From an uncultured Chloroflexia bacterium (GTDB taxonomy: Bacteria > Chloroflexota > Limnocylindria > Limnocylindrales > CSP1-4): a stretch of DNA of 64,000 nt. The position numbers were made by a program, and so were the translations under genes. Below, piece by piece: positions 30,585 through 41,067 of this stretch (the stretch's first letter is position 1; each line of letters opens with the position of its first letter). The notes beneath the pieces were generated by a model. The model was given only the letters and a program-made list of their open reading frames with translations, was not told where the DNA came from and searched no databases. The stretch is taken from positions 480,001-544,000 of the forward strand of contig CAWFXA010000001.1 of assembly GCA_963819655.1 (NCBI GenBank), given 5' to 3'.

Positions 30585-31571
30585 TCAGCGCGCGTCCACC
30601 CGATCGGACAGCTCGCTGCGGCTGGGCATCGGCATCGGCGCTTCGCACACGCGCCGCAGGACATCGCTGAATCGGGCCGTTGCGAGCCCGGTCACACTGT
30701 CGGCGGCGCCGTAGTAGAGGTACAGGAGGTCGGCATCCTCGTCGAGCGTCCAGCCACACGGGAACACGACGCGTCCCACGTCGCCTGTGATCTCGTACTG
30801 CGCTGACGGCCCGAACACCCATTCATCGGTCTGGTGCAGCACCGTGGTCGGGTCCTCGAGGTCCAACAGCGCAAGGCCCGCTCTGTAGATCGGGCCATCG
30901 GCAGTCGAGTGGACGCCGTGGTACAGGATGAGCCAGCCTTCTGTCGTCTCGAGCGGAGGGGGACCGAGGCCGATCTTGCCCGCATCCCACCAGGCTCCGT
31001 CGCGGGCCTCCAGGAGCAGCTTGTGGTCGCCCCAGTGGCGGAGATCCGGCGAGTAGGAGAGCCACATGTGAGCTCCGCCTCGCAGCGGCGACGGGCGATG
31101 GATCATCGCCCATCGTCCATCGAAGCGGCGGGGGAAGAGCGCCGCGTCCTTGTCCTCGGGCGGCATCGCCGGGCCGAGTCGACGGACGGTCCGGAAGTCT
31201 GGCGTCATGGCCAAAGAGACGAGTGGCCCACGCCGGCTGTAGGCGGTGTAGGCGATCGCCCACTCCTCGCGCTCGGGAAGCCAGGTGAGCCGCGGGTCTT
31301 CGCAGCCCCAGATCTCCTCAGGAGCTTGAGCCACGTCGGATCGCAGGAGGGGTTCCGGGTCGAATCGCCAGTCCGAGATCCCGTCGCGGCTGCGGGCGAC
31401 GTGCAGCTGGGAGATCCCGCGCATGTCCTCGACCCGGGCCAGGAGGACGGTCTCGTCGCCGACCCGGGCCGCTCCGGGGTTGAAGACCGAGTTGGCGTGA
31501 TACGGCACGTCGGCCGCGACAAGGATCGGATTCGCCGCCGATCGCTCGAAGAGCTCGCGCGGTGCGGTCAT
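30585..31571 (-). CDS. GH130-family glycosidase/phosphorylase
   Basis: SVFNPGA, GCEDPR, DKDAALFP, YHGV, VVFPCG, YYGAADS. Confidence 0.88.
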   Translation of the reverse strand: MTAPRELFERSAANPILVAADVPYHANSVFNPGAARVGDETVLLARVEDMRGISQLHVARSRDGISDWRFDPEPLLRSDVAQAPEEIWGCEDPRLTWLPEREEWAIAYTAYSRRGPLVSLAMTPDFRTVRRLGPAMPPEDKDAALFPRRFDGRWAMIHRPSPLRGGAHMWLSYSPDLRHWGDHKLLLEARDGAWWDAGKIGLGPPPLETTEGWLILYHGVHSTADGPIYRAGLALLDLEDPTTVLHQTDEWVFGPSAQYEITGDVGRVVFPCGWTLDEDADLLYLYYGAADSVTGLATARFSDVLRRVCEAPMPMPSRSELSDRVDAR

Positions 31572-32665
31572 CGCGCGACAGCGACTGCCAGGGCTTCGGT
31601 CCGGGTGGGCGCTGCCGTAGGAACGCCGCGGATGTTCCGGATCCGTTCCAGGGCGATCAGCCACATCAAGGTCGATTCGGCTCCCTGATTCTCGTTGACA
31701 CCCTCAGGCGTGAGACCGTCGAAGCATGCGCCTCGCTGCGGGACGGCCACGGCCACATGCAGATCGTTCTCACCGAGGAACCACGCGTACGCCCGCTCCA
31801 TCGCGGCATGGTACTTGTCATCGCCGGTCGCTTCGTAGGCCGACTCGGCGGCGAGCACCAGCGCCGTCGCCTCGATCGGTTGCTGGTCGAACTTGGACTT
31901 TTCTCCGCCGCGTGGCCACCAACCGTTGCCGACCGGCGAGAGGTGACCCGCCGGGTCGGTCTGCGAGACGATGAGCCAGTCGAGGACGTCCAGGCCGGCC
32001 TCGAGCAGCGCACTCTCGTCGAGGTAGCGCCCCGCGGCGACAAGCGCCTGCGCGGGAAGTGCGTTCTCATAGGTCAGTCGGGTCTCCGGCCAGCGCCAGG
32101 CGGACGTTCCGAGGGACTCGAAGGTCGCTCCGATCCGATTGGCCAGTGGGCGATAGGCAAGCGCGGTTCGTCCGGTCGGGGCAGCCCGCATCACGGCGTC
32201 GCAACCCAGAAGGACCGATGACTGCGCGCGCAAGGCACGCACCGTCTGGGTCGCCGGCAACGCCCCCGAGAACAGCGACGACGCGGACGCGATCATGGCC
32301 GGGTCAGAGGCCGACGCGATCGTCCAGCCGAGTGCCAGCATCGCCCGCCCCTGACTGTCCTCCGAGGCGACCCCGTCGAGCCACGACCCGTCGACACGTC
32401 GGAAGTTCCGGAACCTTCCTGTCGTGCGATCGAACGCGTCGTCCAGGAAGCGGATGCTTCGCCACGCGCTCGCCGCGACCGCATCCCAACCAAGCTCGCG
32501 CTGGTGAAGGAGATCGACCTGCAGCGCTCGGGCGACGTCATCGGTGCAGTAGCCATGGGCCGGATCGGGCTGCGGCCCGATGGCGTGCTGCATGATCCCG
32601 AGGTCACCAGTCAGTGCGTCGAGATGGTCCCGGACCACGGGATAGAGCGGCGCGAGGTCAGGCAT
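31568..32665 (-). CDS. glycosyltransferase-associated six-hairpin-like protein
   Basis: GIMQHA...GYCTDDVARAL, SEDSQGRA, LTYENA, FDQQPIEA, NQGAEST. This domain is commonly found C-terminal to GT4 enzymes. Confidence 0.75.
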   Translation of the reverse strand: MPDLAPLYPVVRDHLDALTGDLGIMQHAIGPQPDPAHGYCTDDVARALQVDLLHQRELGWDAVAASAWRSIRFLDDAFDRTTGRFRNFRRVDGSWLDGVASEDSQGRAMLALGWTIASASDPAMIASASSLFSGALPATQTVRALRAQSSVLLGCDAVMRAAPTGRTALAYRPLANRIGATFESLGTSAWRWPETRLTYENALPAQALVAAGRYLDESALLEAGLDVLDWLIVSQTDPAGHLSPVGNGWWPRGGEKSKFDQQPIEATALVLAAESAYEATGDDKYHAAMERAYAWFLGENDLHVAVAVPQRGACFDGLTPEGVNENQGAESTLMWLIALERIRNIRGVPTAAPTRTEALAVAVAR

Positions 32666-33821
32666 TGATGGCCGTCAGGACCCTGGCCGGCTCCGTCCGC
32701 GGGATGTCCGTAGCCGCCCGTCCGAGGAGGCCTTGATACTCGGCGCCAACGGCGGACCAGACCATCCTCCGGCTGTACGCATATGCACGACGCCCGATCG
32801 CGGTACGAAGACCGCGATCTCCGAGGACCTCGTTCAGAGCGTTCGCCCATGCCGAGACAGAGTCGGGTGGGACAAGGATGCCGCGTCCGTTCGCCAGCAG
32901 TTCGGTCGCGTAGGCGTACGGCGTCGAGACGATCGCACGGCCGGCACCCATGGCATATGACAGCGTGCCGGACACGATCTGGTCGAGCTTGGGATAGGGC
33001 GTGACGAACACGTCCGCCGCCTCGAGCCAGCGGGTCAGCTCGACCCGTCCGACGAATTTATCGACGAATCGGACGTGATCGGTCATCCCCAGGCGCTGGA
33101 CCTGGGCGACCAGCCGCTGCCGATACGCTTCACCCTCGGTTCGCAGCAGATCGGGATGAGTGGCGCCGACAAGCACATAGAGCGCTGAGGGGTTGGCGGC
33201 GACGACGGCCGGGAGAGCGTCGAGCACGAGTTCGTAACCCTTGCCCGGACCCAGCAGGCCGAAGCTCAGGATCACGCTTCGTCCCGCCAGGCCAAGGTCG
33301 GCTTTCACGGCCGACGGGTCGACGAGCGGCAAGTCGGGCACCCCGTGGGGGATGATGTGGAGGCGATCCGAATCGACGCCGTAGACGTTTCGGAGGAGCG
33401 TCGCCGCAGAGCGCGACATCACGACCGTGGCCTCGGTCCGACGGACCAACTCCGAGAGGACGGCTCGCTGGCCATCCGTCGGGTCCTTCAGGACGGTGTG
33501 GAGGGTGGCGACGGCAGGGACGCGAAGCGACCGGACGAAATCGTTGACGTACGAGCCGTCCTGGCCGCCCCAGATCCCATATTCATGCTGGATCGAGACG
33601 ACGCTGACGCAACGATCCAATGTCCGGGCGACCTGGGTGTAGTCGGCGAGCTCGTCCCGTCGGATGCGATGGTGCACCTCGATGGGGTACGGCAACGTCT
33701 GGCTGGCCGGGTGCAGGGCGACGATCTCGCGGCTGCCTGTCGAGGCGGCGAGGTCGTGCGTGAAGGACGCGATCCCGCACCGCCGAGGGGGGTATGTGGA
33801 AACGAATGCAGTCCGTGCGAT
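32658..33821 (-). CDS. GT4 glycosyltransferase with a probable ATC start
   Basis: The frame extends 42 codons above the track start: IARTAFVSTYPPRRCGIASFT; also QHEYGIWG, FGLLGPGKG, SGTLSYA, STPY. Confidence 0.88.
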   Translation of the reverse strand: MARTAFVSTYPPRRCGIASFTHDLAASTGSREIVALHPASQTLPYPIEVHHRIRRDELADYTQVARTLDRCVSVVSIQHEYGIWGGQDGSYVNDFVRSLRVPAVATLHTVLKDPTDGQRAVLSELVRRTEATVVMSRSAATLLRNVYGVDSDRLHIIPHGVPDLPLVDPSAVKADLGLAGRSVILSFGLLGPGKGYELVLDALPAVVAANPSALYVLVGATHPDLLRTEGEAYRQRLVAQVQRLGMTDHVRFVDKFVGRVELTRWLEAADVFVTPYPKLDQIVSGTLSYAMGAGRAIVSTPYAYATELLANGRGILVPPDSVSAWANALNEVLGDRGLRTAIGRRAYAYSRRMVWSAVGAEYQGLLGRAATDIPRTEPARVLTAINA

Positions 33822-33941
33822 GAGTTGGCTCCTCTCGGTCGACCCGCGTCGCGACGGCCTCCGAACGATGGGAGGCGGTGGACGGCGACCAGATCGGGAG
33901 TCGGAACGGCCCGCCTGAGTCAGGCGGGCCGGACCATGTGA

Positions 33942-34145
33942 CTAGGCGGACCGGACCTGGGCCGCGCGCGGGCCTTTGGGGCTCGTCTCGATCTCGAACG
34001 TGACACGCTCGCCGCCGACGAGGCGGTCAAAGTCGATCGAGGAATCCAGTGCGCCGCGATGGAAGAAGTATTCCTTCGCATCCTCGGCGGTGATGAAGCC
34101 GAAGCCGCGATCGGCGACGACCTTCTTGATGGTTCCGGTGGTCAT
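33942..34145 (-). CDS. cold-shock protein
   Basis: 67 aa with RNP1 RGFGFI and RNP2 YFFH; GGAGG RBS. Confidence 0.93.
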   Translation of the reverse strand: MTTGTIKKVVADRGFGFITAEDAKEYFFHRGALDSSIDFDRLVGGERVTFEIETSPKGPRAAQVRSA

Positions 34146-34247
34146 GAGGACCTCCAACACTTCCCGAACAGGGATGCTGAGCGCACGGTCCGTTCGAGAA
34201 GGGGGATCGACCACGCGGAGAGTCGTCACGAAGCGCGACGAAGTCCA

Positions 34248-34256
34248 AGGATAGCA
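34248..34256 (-). promoter_or_regulatory. extended -10 of the csp gene, implying a ~95-nt 5' UTR
   Basis: TGCTATCCT on the minus strand. Confidence 0.45.
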
Positions 34257-34317
34257 CAGACGTTCCGGATGGGGGCGGCGGCGGGCGCCTCGAGCGTCGG
34301 CGCGGACCTCTCGGCCC

Positions 34318-34869
34318 CTACTGGTTGAACCAGTCGACCGTGTCGATCTTGCCCGCGTCCTCGTCCAGCTCTGCGCGGCGCTCACGGGCCGCGCCGGCTG
34401 TGACGCCCGACTTGCGCCGCGCCCTCTTGCCCGTCACCGCGGCCGCCTCCGGGGCGCCCGTCCACTGCTCCTCGCCGAGCATCTTGTTGAGCGCGACCAG
34501 GTAGGCCTCGATCGACGCGGCGATGACGTTGGGGCCGCGCGCCTCGCCGTCGTACTCGCCCTCACCGCGTTCCCCCGAGGCGAGCGGCGGCGCGATCCGC
34601 ACGTTCACGACCCCGATGGTGTCGGTCCCCTCCCCCAGCGCGTGGATGTCGAACCCCACCAGGCGCGGGTGGCCGTCGAGGACCTCCGCGATCGCCTTGT
34701 CGACCGCGCGATAGAGCGCGTCGATCGCCCCGTTTCCTTCGGCCGACGCCTGCCAGTGATGATCGCCCGAATCGATGATCACGGCGCCGCGGCTGCGGGC
34801 ATTCGAACCCGACGAGACCGTCCAGCGGGTGAGGTGCAAGGGCGCCGTGGCGCGATCGTGGTCGGGCAT
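34318..34869 (-). CDS. stand-alone LeuA allosteric (dimerisation) domain protein
   Basis: AEGNGAIDALYRAV...IHALGEG...NVIAASIEAYLVALN parallels the LeuA C-terminus in this window. GGAGGT RBS. Confidence 0.8.
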   Translation of the reverse strand: MPDHDRATAPLHLTRWTVSSGSNARSRGAVIIDSGDHHWQASAEGNGAIDALYRAVDKAIAEVLDGHPRLVGFDIHALGEGTDTIGVVNVRIAPPLASGERGEGEYDGEARGPNVIAASIEAYLVALNKMLGEEQWTGAPEAAAVTGKRARRKSGVTAGAARERRAELDEDAGKIDTVDWFNQ

Positions 34870-34874
34870 CGGGA

Positions 34875-36545
34875 TCACCTCCGGGGAATCGCGGGATCGG
34901 GCTCGGGGACGGTCGTGAAATGGCGTTCGTCGCGCCGGCGCAGCTCGGCGCCGGACTTCCAGATGGCGTACTCGAGCGAGTCGGCCAGGGCCGCCGCCGA
35001 GGCCGCGATGATGTTGGTGTCGCTGCCCATCGTCGACCACGTCCGGGCCCCGTCCTGGGAGTCGATGATCACCCGCGTCCGCGCGGCGGTCGCAGATTCA
35101 CCGTCGAGGATGCGGACCTTGTAGTCGACGAGATGCACGTCGTCGATGGCCGGGTAGAAGGCCCGCAGCGCCTTGCGCAGCGCTGCATCGAGCGCATTGA
35201 CCGGGCCGTTGCCGTCGGCCGCCGTGTGCAGGGTCTCGCCGGCGACCTCGACCTTGACCGTCGCCTCGGCGAGCAGCTCGCGCCCGCCCCGCTGTTCGAC
35301 GAGACAGGTGTAATCGACGATGCGGAACGGTGCCGCGTAGTCCACGGCATGGCGCCGGATGAGGAGCTCGAACGACGCCTCGGCGCCCTCGAAGGCGAGA
35401 CCCTCCGACTCGAGCTGCTTGATGAGCTGCGACAGCTCGCGCGCGTCCACGAGACCCTCCAGCTCATGGCCGAGCTGGCGGGCGCGGATGGATGTGTTCG
35501 CCCGGCCGCCGAGCTCCGACACGACGAGCCGTCCGGCGTTGCCGACCGAACCCGGCTCGACGTGCTGGTACGACCGCTCGACCTTGGCGACCGCCGCGCC
35601 GTGGACGCCGCCCTTGTGGGCGAACGCCGACCGGCCGACGTACGGCTGGTAATCGTTCGGGGCGATGTTGGCGATCTCGGCCACGCTGCGCGACAGCTCG
35701 GTCAGGCCGTCCAGCCGGCCGCCGCCGGCGGGAACCAGCTGGTGCTCTGTCTTGAGCGCGAGGTTGGCCAGGATCGACACCATGTTCGCGTTGCCGGCCC
35801 GCTCGCCATAGCCGTTGATCGTCCCCTGGACGTGACGGATGCCCGACGCGACCGCGGCCATCGAGTTCGCGACTGCGAGATCGGCGTCGTTGTGGGTGTG
35901 GATGCCCCAGGTGACCGGCGGGGCGTCCGGGTCGCCTTCGATCGATGCACGCACGTCGCCCACGATCGTGATCAGGTCGTCGGTCAGGGTGCCACCGTTC
36001 GTGTCGCACAACACGAGCGTCCGCGCGCCGGCCTGACGTGCCGCGCGCAGCGTCGCGAGCGCGTACTCGCGATCGGCCCGATAGCCGTCGAAGAAATGCT
36101 CAGCGTCGTACACCGCTTCGCGTCCGCGGTCCGCGATGAAGCCGATCGAGTCGGCGATCATGTCGAGGTTCTGCTGCGGCGTGGCGCCGAGGACCTCCGT
36201 CACGTGCAGCAGCCAGGACTTGCCGAAGATCGTCACGACCGGCGTCTCCGCGGCGACCAGCTCGCGCAGGTTCGGGTCGTCGGCGGGCGCGTTCGAGCGG
36301 TGGCGGGTCGAGCCGAAGGCCGCCAGCCTGGCCGTCTCCCAGCGCATGGTCCGAGCGGCGGCGAAGAACTCGATGTCCTTGGGGTTCGAGCCTGGCCAGC
36401 CGCCCTCGATGTAGGGCATGCCGTACTCATCGAGCATCCGCGCGATGCGCAGCTTGTCGGCGAGCGACAGCGTGATGTTCTCGCCCTGGGTCCCGTCGCG
36501 CAGGGTCGTGTCGTAGAGCGCCACCGGGAGATCGGTGGCGGTCAT
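34875..36545 (-). CDS. cimA: citramalate synthase
   Basis: YDTTLRDGTQGE, IEGGWPGSNPKD, FGKSW, YDAEHFFDG, HTHND, AFAHKGG. Confidence 0.9.
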   Translation of the reverse strand: MTATDLPVALYDTTLRDGTQGENITLSLADKLRIARMLDEYGMPYIEGGWPGSNPKDIEFFAAARTMRWETARLAAFGSTRHRSNAPADDPNLRELVAAETPVVTIFGKSWLLHVTEVLGATPQQNLDMIADSIGFIADRGREAVYDAEHFFDGYRADREYALATLRAARQAGARTLVLCDTNGGTLTDDLITIVGDVRASIEGDPDAPPVTWGIHTHNDADLAVANSMAAVASGIRHVQGTINGYGERAGNANMVSILANLALKTEHQLVPAGGGRLDGLTELSRSVAEIANIAPNDYQPYVGRSAFAHKGGVHGAAVAKVERSYQHVEPGSVGNAGRLVVSELGGRANTSIRARQLGHELEGLVDARELSQLIKQLESEGLAFEGAEASFELLIRRHAVDYAAPFRIVDYTCLVEQRGGRELLAEATVKVEVAGETLHTAADGNGPVNALDAALRKALRAFYPAIDDVHLVDYKVRILDGESATAARTRVIIDSQDGARTWSTMGSDTNIIAASAAALADSLEYAIWKSGAELRRRDERHFTTVPEPDPAIPRR

Positions 36546-37678
36546 GCCGGCACCGCCACGTCGAGGGCCTCGATGACGGCCGTCGCCATCCCTGTGGTAC
36601 CGACGACGACGAGGCCGTCGTCCGGGTTCGCCGGATCGGCCAGATCCGCCGTGCGCCAGCCTTGGTCGATCGCCTGGCCGACCGCGGCTTCGATGGCGGC
36701 CGACACGTCCTTTCGATGGAACGACGAGAACATCATCATCGCGGCCGAAAGGATCGTGCCGATCGGATTGGCCCGGTCCTGTCCGGCGATGTCGGGCGCC
36801 GACCCGTGGATCGGCTCGTACAGCCCGAACGTCCCGTGGTCGGTCTGGCGGTCGGCGAGTGACGCCGACGGCAGCATGCCGAGGCTGCCGGCGAGGACTG
36901 CTGCTTCGTCCGACAGGATGTCGCCGAACAGGTTCTCGGTGACGATGACGTCGAAGTCCGCGGGTCGCTTGACCAGCAGCATCGCGCATGAATCGACGAG
37001 CTGGTGGCTGACCTCGACGTCCGGCATGCGTCGGCGCTCCTCGTCGACGACCCGTCGCCAGAGGCGAGACGTGGCCAGCACGTTGGCCTTGTCCACGCTC
37101 GTCAAACGGCGTCGACGGGTCAACGCGAACGCTCCCGCAAGCAGGACGATCCGCCGGATCTCGTCCTCCGAGTACGGCATCGTGTCGACGGCACGACGCC
37201 GGCCCTTCTCTTCGGCGGCCTCCTGGCGCTCACCGAAATAGACGCCGCCGGTCAGTTCCCGGACGATCAGCATGTCGACGCCTTCGAGCAGCTCGGGCCG
37301 CAGCGGCGACGAGGCGACGAGCGCTGGGTGGACCTTGACTGGGCGCAGGTTCGCGAACAGCCCGAGGCCGCCACGCAATGCGAACAGGGCCTGTTCAGGC
37401 CGGACCGCCGCGGACGGATCGGACCACTTCGGGCCTCCGACCGCGCCCAGCAGGATCGCGTCGGACGACCGGCAGGTCTCGACATCTTCCGGACGGATCG
37501 CGACGCCGTACGCATCGATGGCCGCGCCGCCCGCCACGATCTCCGTCCAGTCGACGGCGAAGCCGAACCGTCGACCGGCCGCGTCCACGACCCGCCGCGC
37601 CGCGTCGATGACCTCCGGGCCGACACCGTCGCCGGGGATGGCTACGACGCGGTAGCGCTGGAGGTCACCCTCCGTCAC
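36542..37678 (-). CDS. leuB: 3-isopropylmalate dehydrogenase
   Basis: GDGVGPEV, GAVGGPKW, RELTGGVYFG, NLFGDILSD, EPIHGSAPDIAG. Confidence 0.95.
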   Translation of the reverse strand: MTEGDLQRYRVVAIPGDGVGPEVIDAARRVVDAAGRRFGFAVDWTEIVAGGAAIDAYGVAIRPEDVETCRSSDAILLGAVGGPKWSDPSAAVRPEQALFALRGGLGLFANLRPVKVHPALVASSPLRPELLEGVDMLIVRELTGGVYFGERQEAAEEKGRRRAVDTMPYSEDEIRRIVLLAGAFALTRRRRLTSVDKANVLATSRLWRRVVDEERRRMPDVEVSHQLVDSCAMLLVKRPADFDVIVTENLFGDILSDEAAVLAGSLGMLPSASLADRQTDHGTFGLYEPIHGSAPDIAGQDRANPIGTILSAAMMMFSSFHRKDVSAAIEAAVGQAIDQGWRTADLADPANPDDGLVVVGTTGMATAVIEALDVAVPA

Positions 37679-39312
37679 GGCAGCCCACGCTCCGTGCGCT
37701 GGTTGGCGAACGCGACCGCGACGCCGTTGATCTCGGCCCCGTGGAGCTTGTTGGTGGCAACGAGATAGGCGTCGAGCGACGCCTCGATGATGTTCGTGCT
37801 TAACCCGTGGCCGGACACGACCAGTGCGCCCGGGCCTTCATCCGACGAGCGACGGCAGCGGACCAGCACCTGGCCCTGAGCGTCCTCGCCGGCCGACACG
37901 GCCTTGATCTCGTACTCGGTCAGCGTCGGATGCCAGCCGAGGACCGGCTGGATCGCATCGTCGACGGCCTGGAACAGCGCGTTGACAGGGCCGTTGCCGA
38001 TCGCCTCGGCGCTGCGTTCGCGGCCGGCCACGGCCAGGGTGACCGTCCCGGTCGCATTGCCGCCGTGCGACGACGTCACGCTCCAGCCAACGAGCGCCAC
38101 GCTCGCCGGGACCTCGGAGGCGCGCTGCTCCACGAGGGCCAGCAGGTCGGCGTCGGTGACCTCCTTCTTCGCATCGGCCAGCTCGATGGCCTGGCGGTAG
38201 ATCGTGTCGAGCGCCTCGCCCTCGAGGTCGTGGCCGAGCTCGCGGAGCTTGCCCTGCAGCCCGCGCCGCCCAGACAGCTTGCCGATCGTCAGCTGGCTGC
38301 CCGACAGCCCGACCGACTGCGGGGTCATGATCTCGTAGGTCAGTGGGTGCTTGATCACGCCATCCTGGTGGATGCCCGACTCGTGGGCGAACGCGTTGCC
38401 GCCGACGATGGCCTTGTTCGGCTGGACGGCGAATCCGGTCAGATAGCTGACAAGCCGGGACGCCGCGGTGATGTGCTCGGTCTGGATCCCGGATCCGACC
38501 GCCGCGAACTGGGTCGGTCGGGTGCGGAGCGCCATCACGACCTCTTCGAGCGACGCGTTGCCGGCGCGCTCGCCGAGGCCGTTGATCGTGACCTCGACCT
38601 GGCGGGCGCCGGACTGCACCGCAGCGAGGGTGTTGGCCGTCGCCAGACCCAGGTCGTTGTGGCAATGGATGCTGACGGTCGCCTGGTTTCCGACGAGATC
38701 GACGACGCGCTTGGTGAGCGTCGCGAACTCACTCGGGATCGCGTAGCCGACGGTGTCCGGGATGTTGACGGTCGATGCTCCGGCCTCGACGACGGCCTCG
38801 TAGACCTGCATGAGGAAGTCGGTGTCGGTGCGCGAGGCGTCCTCGGCACTGAACTCGATCTCGGCGTCGCGGCCGAGCTGCTCGCGCCCATAGCGGACCC
38901 AGCGCACGGCCTCGGCCAGCGCGGTCTCGCGATCGACCCGGAGCTTGTGCTTCAGATGGATGTCGCTGGTGGCGATGAACACATGGAGGTGCGGCTTGTG
39001 GGCGACCTTGATCGCCTCGATCGCCCGTTGCGGGTCACCGTCCCGGCAGCGGGCGAGGGCCGCGACTGCGATGTCCTGCGGCGTCTCCTGGGCGATGCGG
39101 CGGACCGCCTCGAAATCGCCCGGCGAGGCAGCCGGGAAGCCGGCCTCGATGACATCGACCTTCAGGCGTGCCAGCTGGCGGGCGACCTCGAGCTTCTCGG
39201 CGGCGGTCAGCCCCGCGCCCGGTGCCTGCTCGCCGTCGCGCAGGGTGGTGTCGAAGATCCTGACGCTGCCGGCCGGGACGAACGGTCCGGCCGGCCTGGG
39301 TACCGCACTCAC
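37675..39312 (-). CDS. leuA: 2-isopropylmalate synthase
   Basis: [38 protein letters not shown] plus the regulatory domain. Confidence 0.95.
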   Translation of the reverse strand: MSAVPRPAGPFVPAGSVRIFDTTLRDGEQAPGAGLTAAEKLEVARQLARLKVDVIEAGFPAASPGDFEAVRRIAQETPQDIAVAALARCRDGDPQRAIEAIKVAHKPHLHVFIATSDIHLKHKLRVDRETALAEAVRWVRYGREQLGRDAEIEFSAEDASRTDTDFLMQVYEAVVEAGASTVNIPDTVGYAIPSEFATLTKRVVDLVGNQATVSIHCHNDLGLATANTLAAVQSGARQVEVTINGLGERAGNASLEEVVMALRTRPTQFAAVGSGIQTEHITAASRLVSYLTGFAVQPNKAIVGGNAFAHESGIHQDGVIKHPLTYEIMTPQSVGLSGSQLTIGKLSGRRGLQGKLRELGHDLEGEALDTIYRQAIELADAKKEVTDADLLALVEQRASEVPASVALVGWSVTSSHGGNATGTVTLAVAGRERSAEAIGNGPVNALFQAVDDAIQPVLGWHPTLTEYEIKAVSAGEDAQGQVLVRCRRSSDEGPGALVVSGHGLSTNIIEASLDAYLVATNKLHGAEINGVAVAFANQRTERGLP

Positions 39313-40385
39313 GACGTGGTCCCCGCCGCTGCCGGCGTGGGTGCCGCGGCGGCGCCAGTGGCTGCCGCCTGGGCCTGTCCAGCCTGCACGGTGACCGGGT
39401 CGAGGAACGGCATCTTGGACCGGAGCTCGGCGCCGACCTGCTCGATCTGGTGGTCACGGTCCTGCTGGCGGAAACGCTGGAACTGCTGGCCGCCCGTCTC
39501 GTACTCGTCGATCCAGCGCTGGGCGAACGAGCCCGACTGGATGTCCGACAGCACGTCCTTCATGGCGGCCTTGGCTCCCTCGGTCACGCGCGGCCCGGAG
39601 ACGTAGTCGCCGAACTCGGCCGTGTCGGACACCGAGAAGCGCATGAAGTTGAGGCCGCCGCGATACATGAGGTCGACGATGAGCTTGAGCTCGTGCATCG
39701 TCTCGAAGTAGGCGAGCTCGGGCTGGTATCCCGCTTCGACCAGCGTCTCGAACGCCGCCTTGACCAGGGATGAGACACCGCCGCACAGCAGGGCCTGCTC
39801 GCCGAACAGGTCGGTCTCGGTCTCCTCGGCGAAGGTCGTCTCGAGCACGCCGGCCCGCGTCGAGCCGAGACCACGCGCGTAAGCCAGCACCCGGTCGCGA
39901 GCCGTCCCGGACGCGTCGCGCTCGACCGCGAAGAGGGCCGGGACCCCGCCGCCCTGCTTGTACACGCTGCGAAGGAGATGGCCCGGTCCCTTGGGCGCGA
40001 CCATCCCCACATCGACGACGTCGGGTGGGCTGATCCGCCCGAATCGGATGTTGAACCCGTGGGCGAACATCAGCAGCTGCCCGGGCCGCAGGTTGGGGGC
40101 GATGTCGGCGTCGTAGACGGCCTTCTGGGCCGTGTCCGGGACGAGGATCATGATGATGTCGGCCTCGCGGACCGCGTCGCCGACATCCGCGACGCGCAGC
40201 CCGGCCTCTTCGGCGAGCGCGCGGCTCTTGGAGCCGGGCGCAAGGCCGACCACCACGTTCGCCCCGCTGTCGCTGAGATTCTGGGCATGCGCGTGCCCCT
40301 GGCTGCCGTACCCGATGATCGCGATCGTCTGCCCCGCGAGGGCCTCAGGGTTCGCGTCGTCGTCGTAATACATCCGTGCCGTCAT
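39309..40385 (-). CDS. ilvC: ketol-acid reductoisomerase
   Basis: [31 protein letters not shown]. Start MTARMYY. Confidence 0.95.
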   Translation of the reverse strand: MTARMYYDDDANPEALAGQTIAIIGYGSQGHAHAQNLSDSGANVVVGLAPGSKSRALAEEAGLRVADVGDAVREADIIMILVPDTAQKAVYDADIAPNLRPGQLLMFAHGFNIRFGRISPPDVVDVGMVAPKGPGHLLRSVYKQGGGVPALFAVERDASGTARDRVLAYARGLGSTRAGVLETTFAEETETDLFGEQALLCGGVSSLVKAAFETLVEAGYQPELAYFETMHELKLIVDLMYRGGLNFMRFSVSDTAEFGDYVSGPRVTEGAKAAMKDVLSDIQSGSFAQRWIDEYETGGQQFQRFRQQDRDHQIEQVGAELRSKMPFLDPVTVQAGQAQAAATGAAAAPTPAAAGTTS

Positions 40386-41001
40386 CGCTTCACTGCCTCC
40401 TCGATCGATCCCGCTCCCCTCGCCATCACGACCGCACCGGTCCGGACGAGTTCCTTGATGCCATAGCTGCGCACGAGCGCCACGAACGCGTCGATCTCGC
40501 TCTCCGGGCCGGTGACCTCGGCGATGACCGAGCCCTCGACGACGTCGACGACGCGGCCGCGCGACAGCTCGACGAGCCGCAGGATCTCGTCGCGGTTCGT
40601 GTCGGTCGCACGGACCTTCACGAGCGCGAGCTCGTGGGCCACCGTCGGCTCCGACGTGACGTCCTGGACCTTCAGCACATCGATGAGCCGGTACAGCTGC
40701 TTGGCCGCCTGCTCGACCGCGACATCGTCGCCGTGCAGCGTGATCGTCATGCGGCTGACGTCCTCGCGGTCGGTGTGGCTGACCGCCAGGGAGTCGATGT
40801 TGAAGTTGCGTGCGCGCATGAGGCTGGACACGCGGTTGAGCACGCCAGGCTTGTTGAGGACGACCGCCACGAGGACGTGGCGACGGGTCTCGCCACCGCC
40901 GGGCAGGGCGCGGGGCGGTGGGACGGCGTGGGCCGGTTGGGAGGATCCGGCCGGCGCCGCCCCCGCCGGGACCTTGCCGTTCGAATTGGGTCAGCGGGCA
41001 T
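40382..41001 (-). CDS. ilvN: acetolactate synthase small subunit; probable frameshift near 40990
   Basis: [18 protein letters not shown]...FNIDSL...KQLYRLIDV. The ACT start lies above the track start; ATG 41001 joins the frame if one C is added. Confidence 0.88.
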
Positions 41002-41067
41002 CTGTTTTCTCGCTCTCCGAGGTCGGAGGCTGAGCTCCGCGAAGCCATCCGCCCGAGGATTCAGCGC

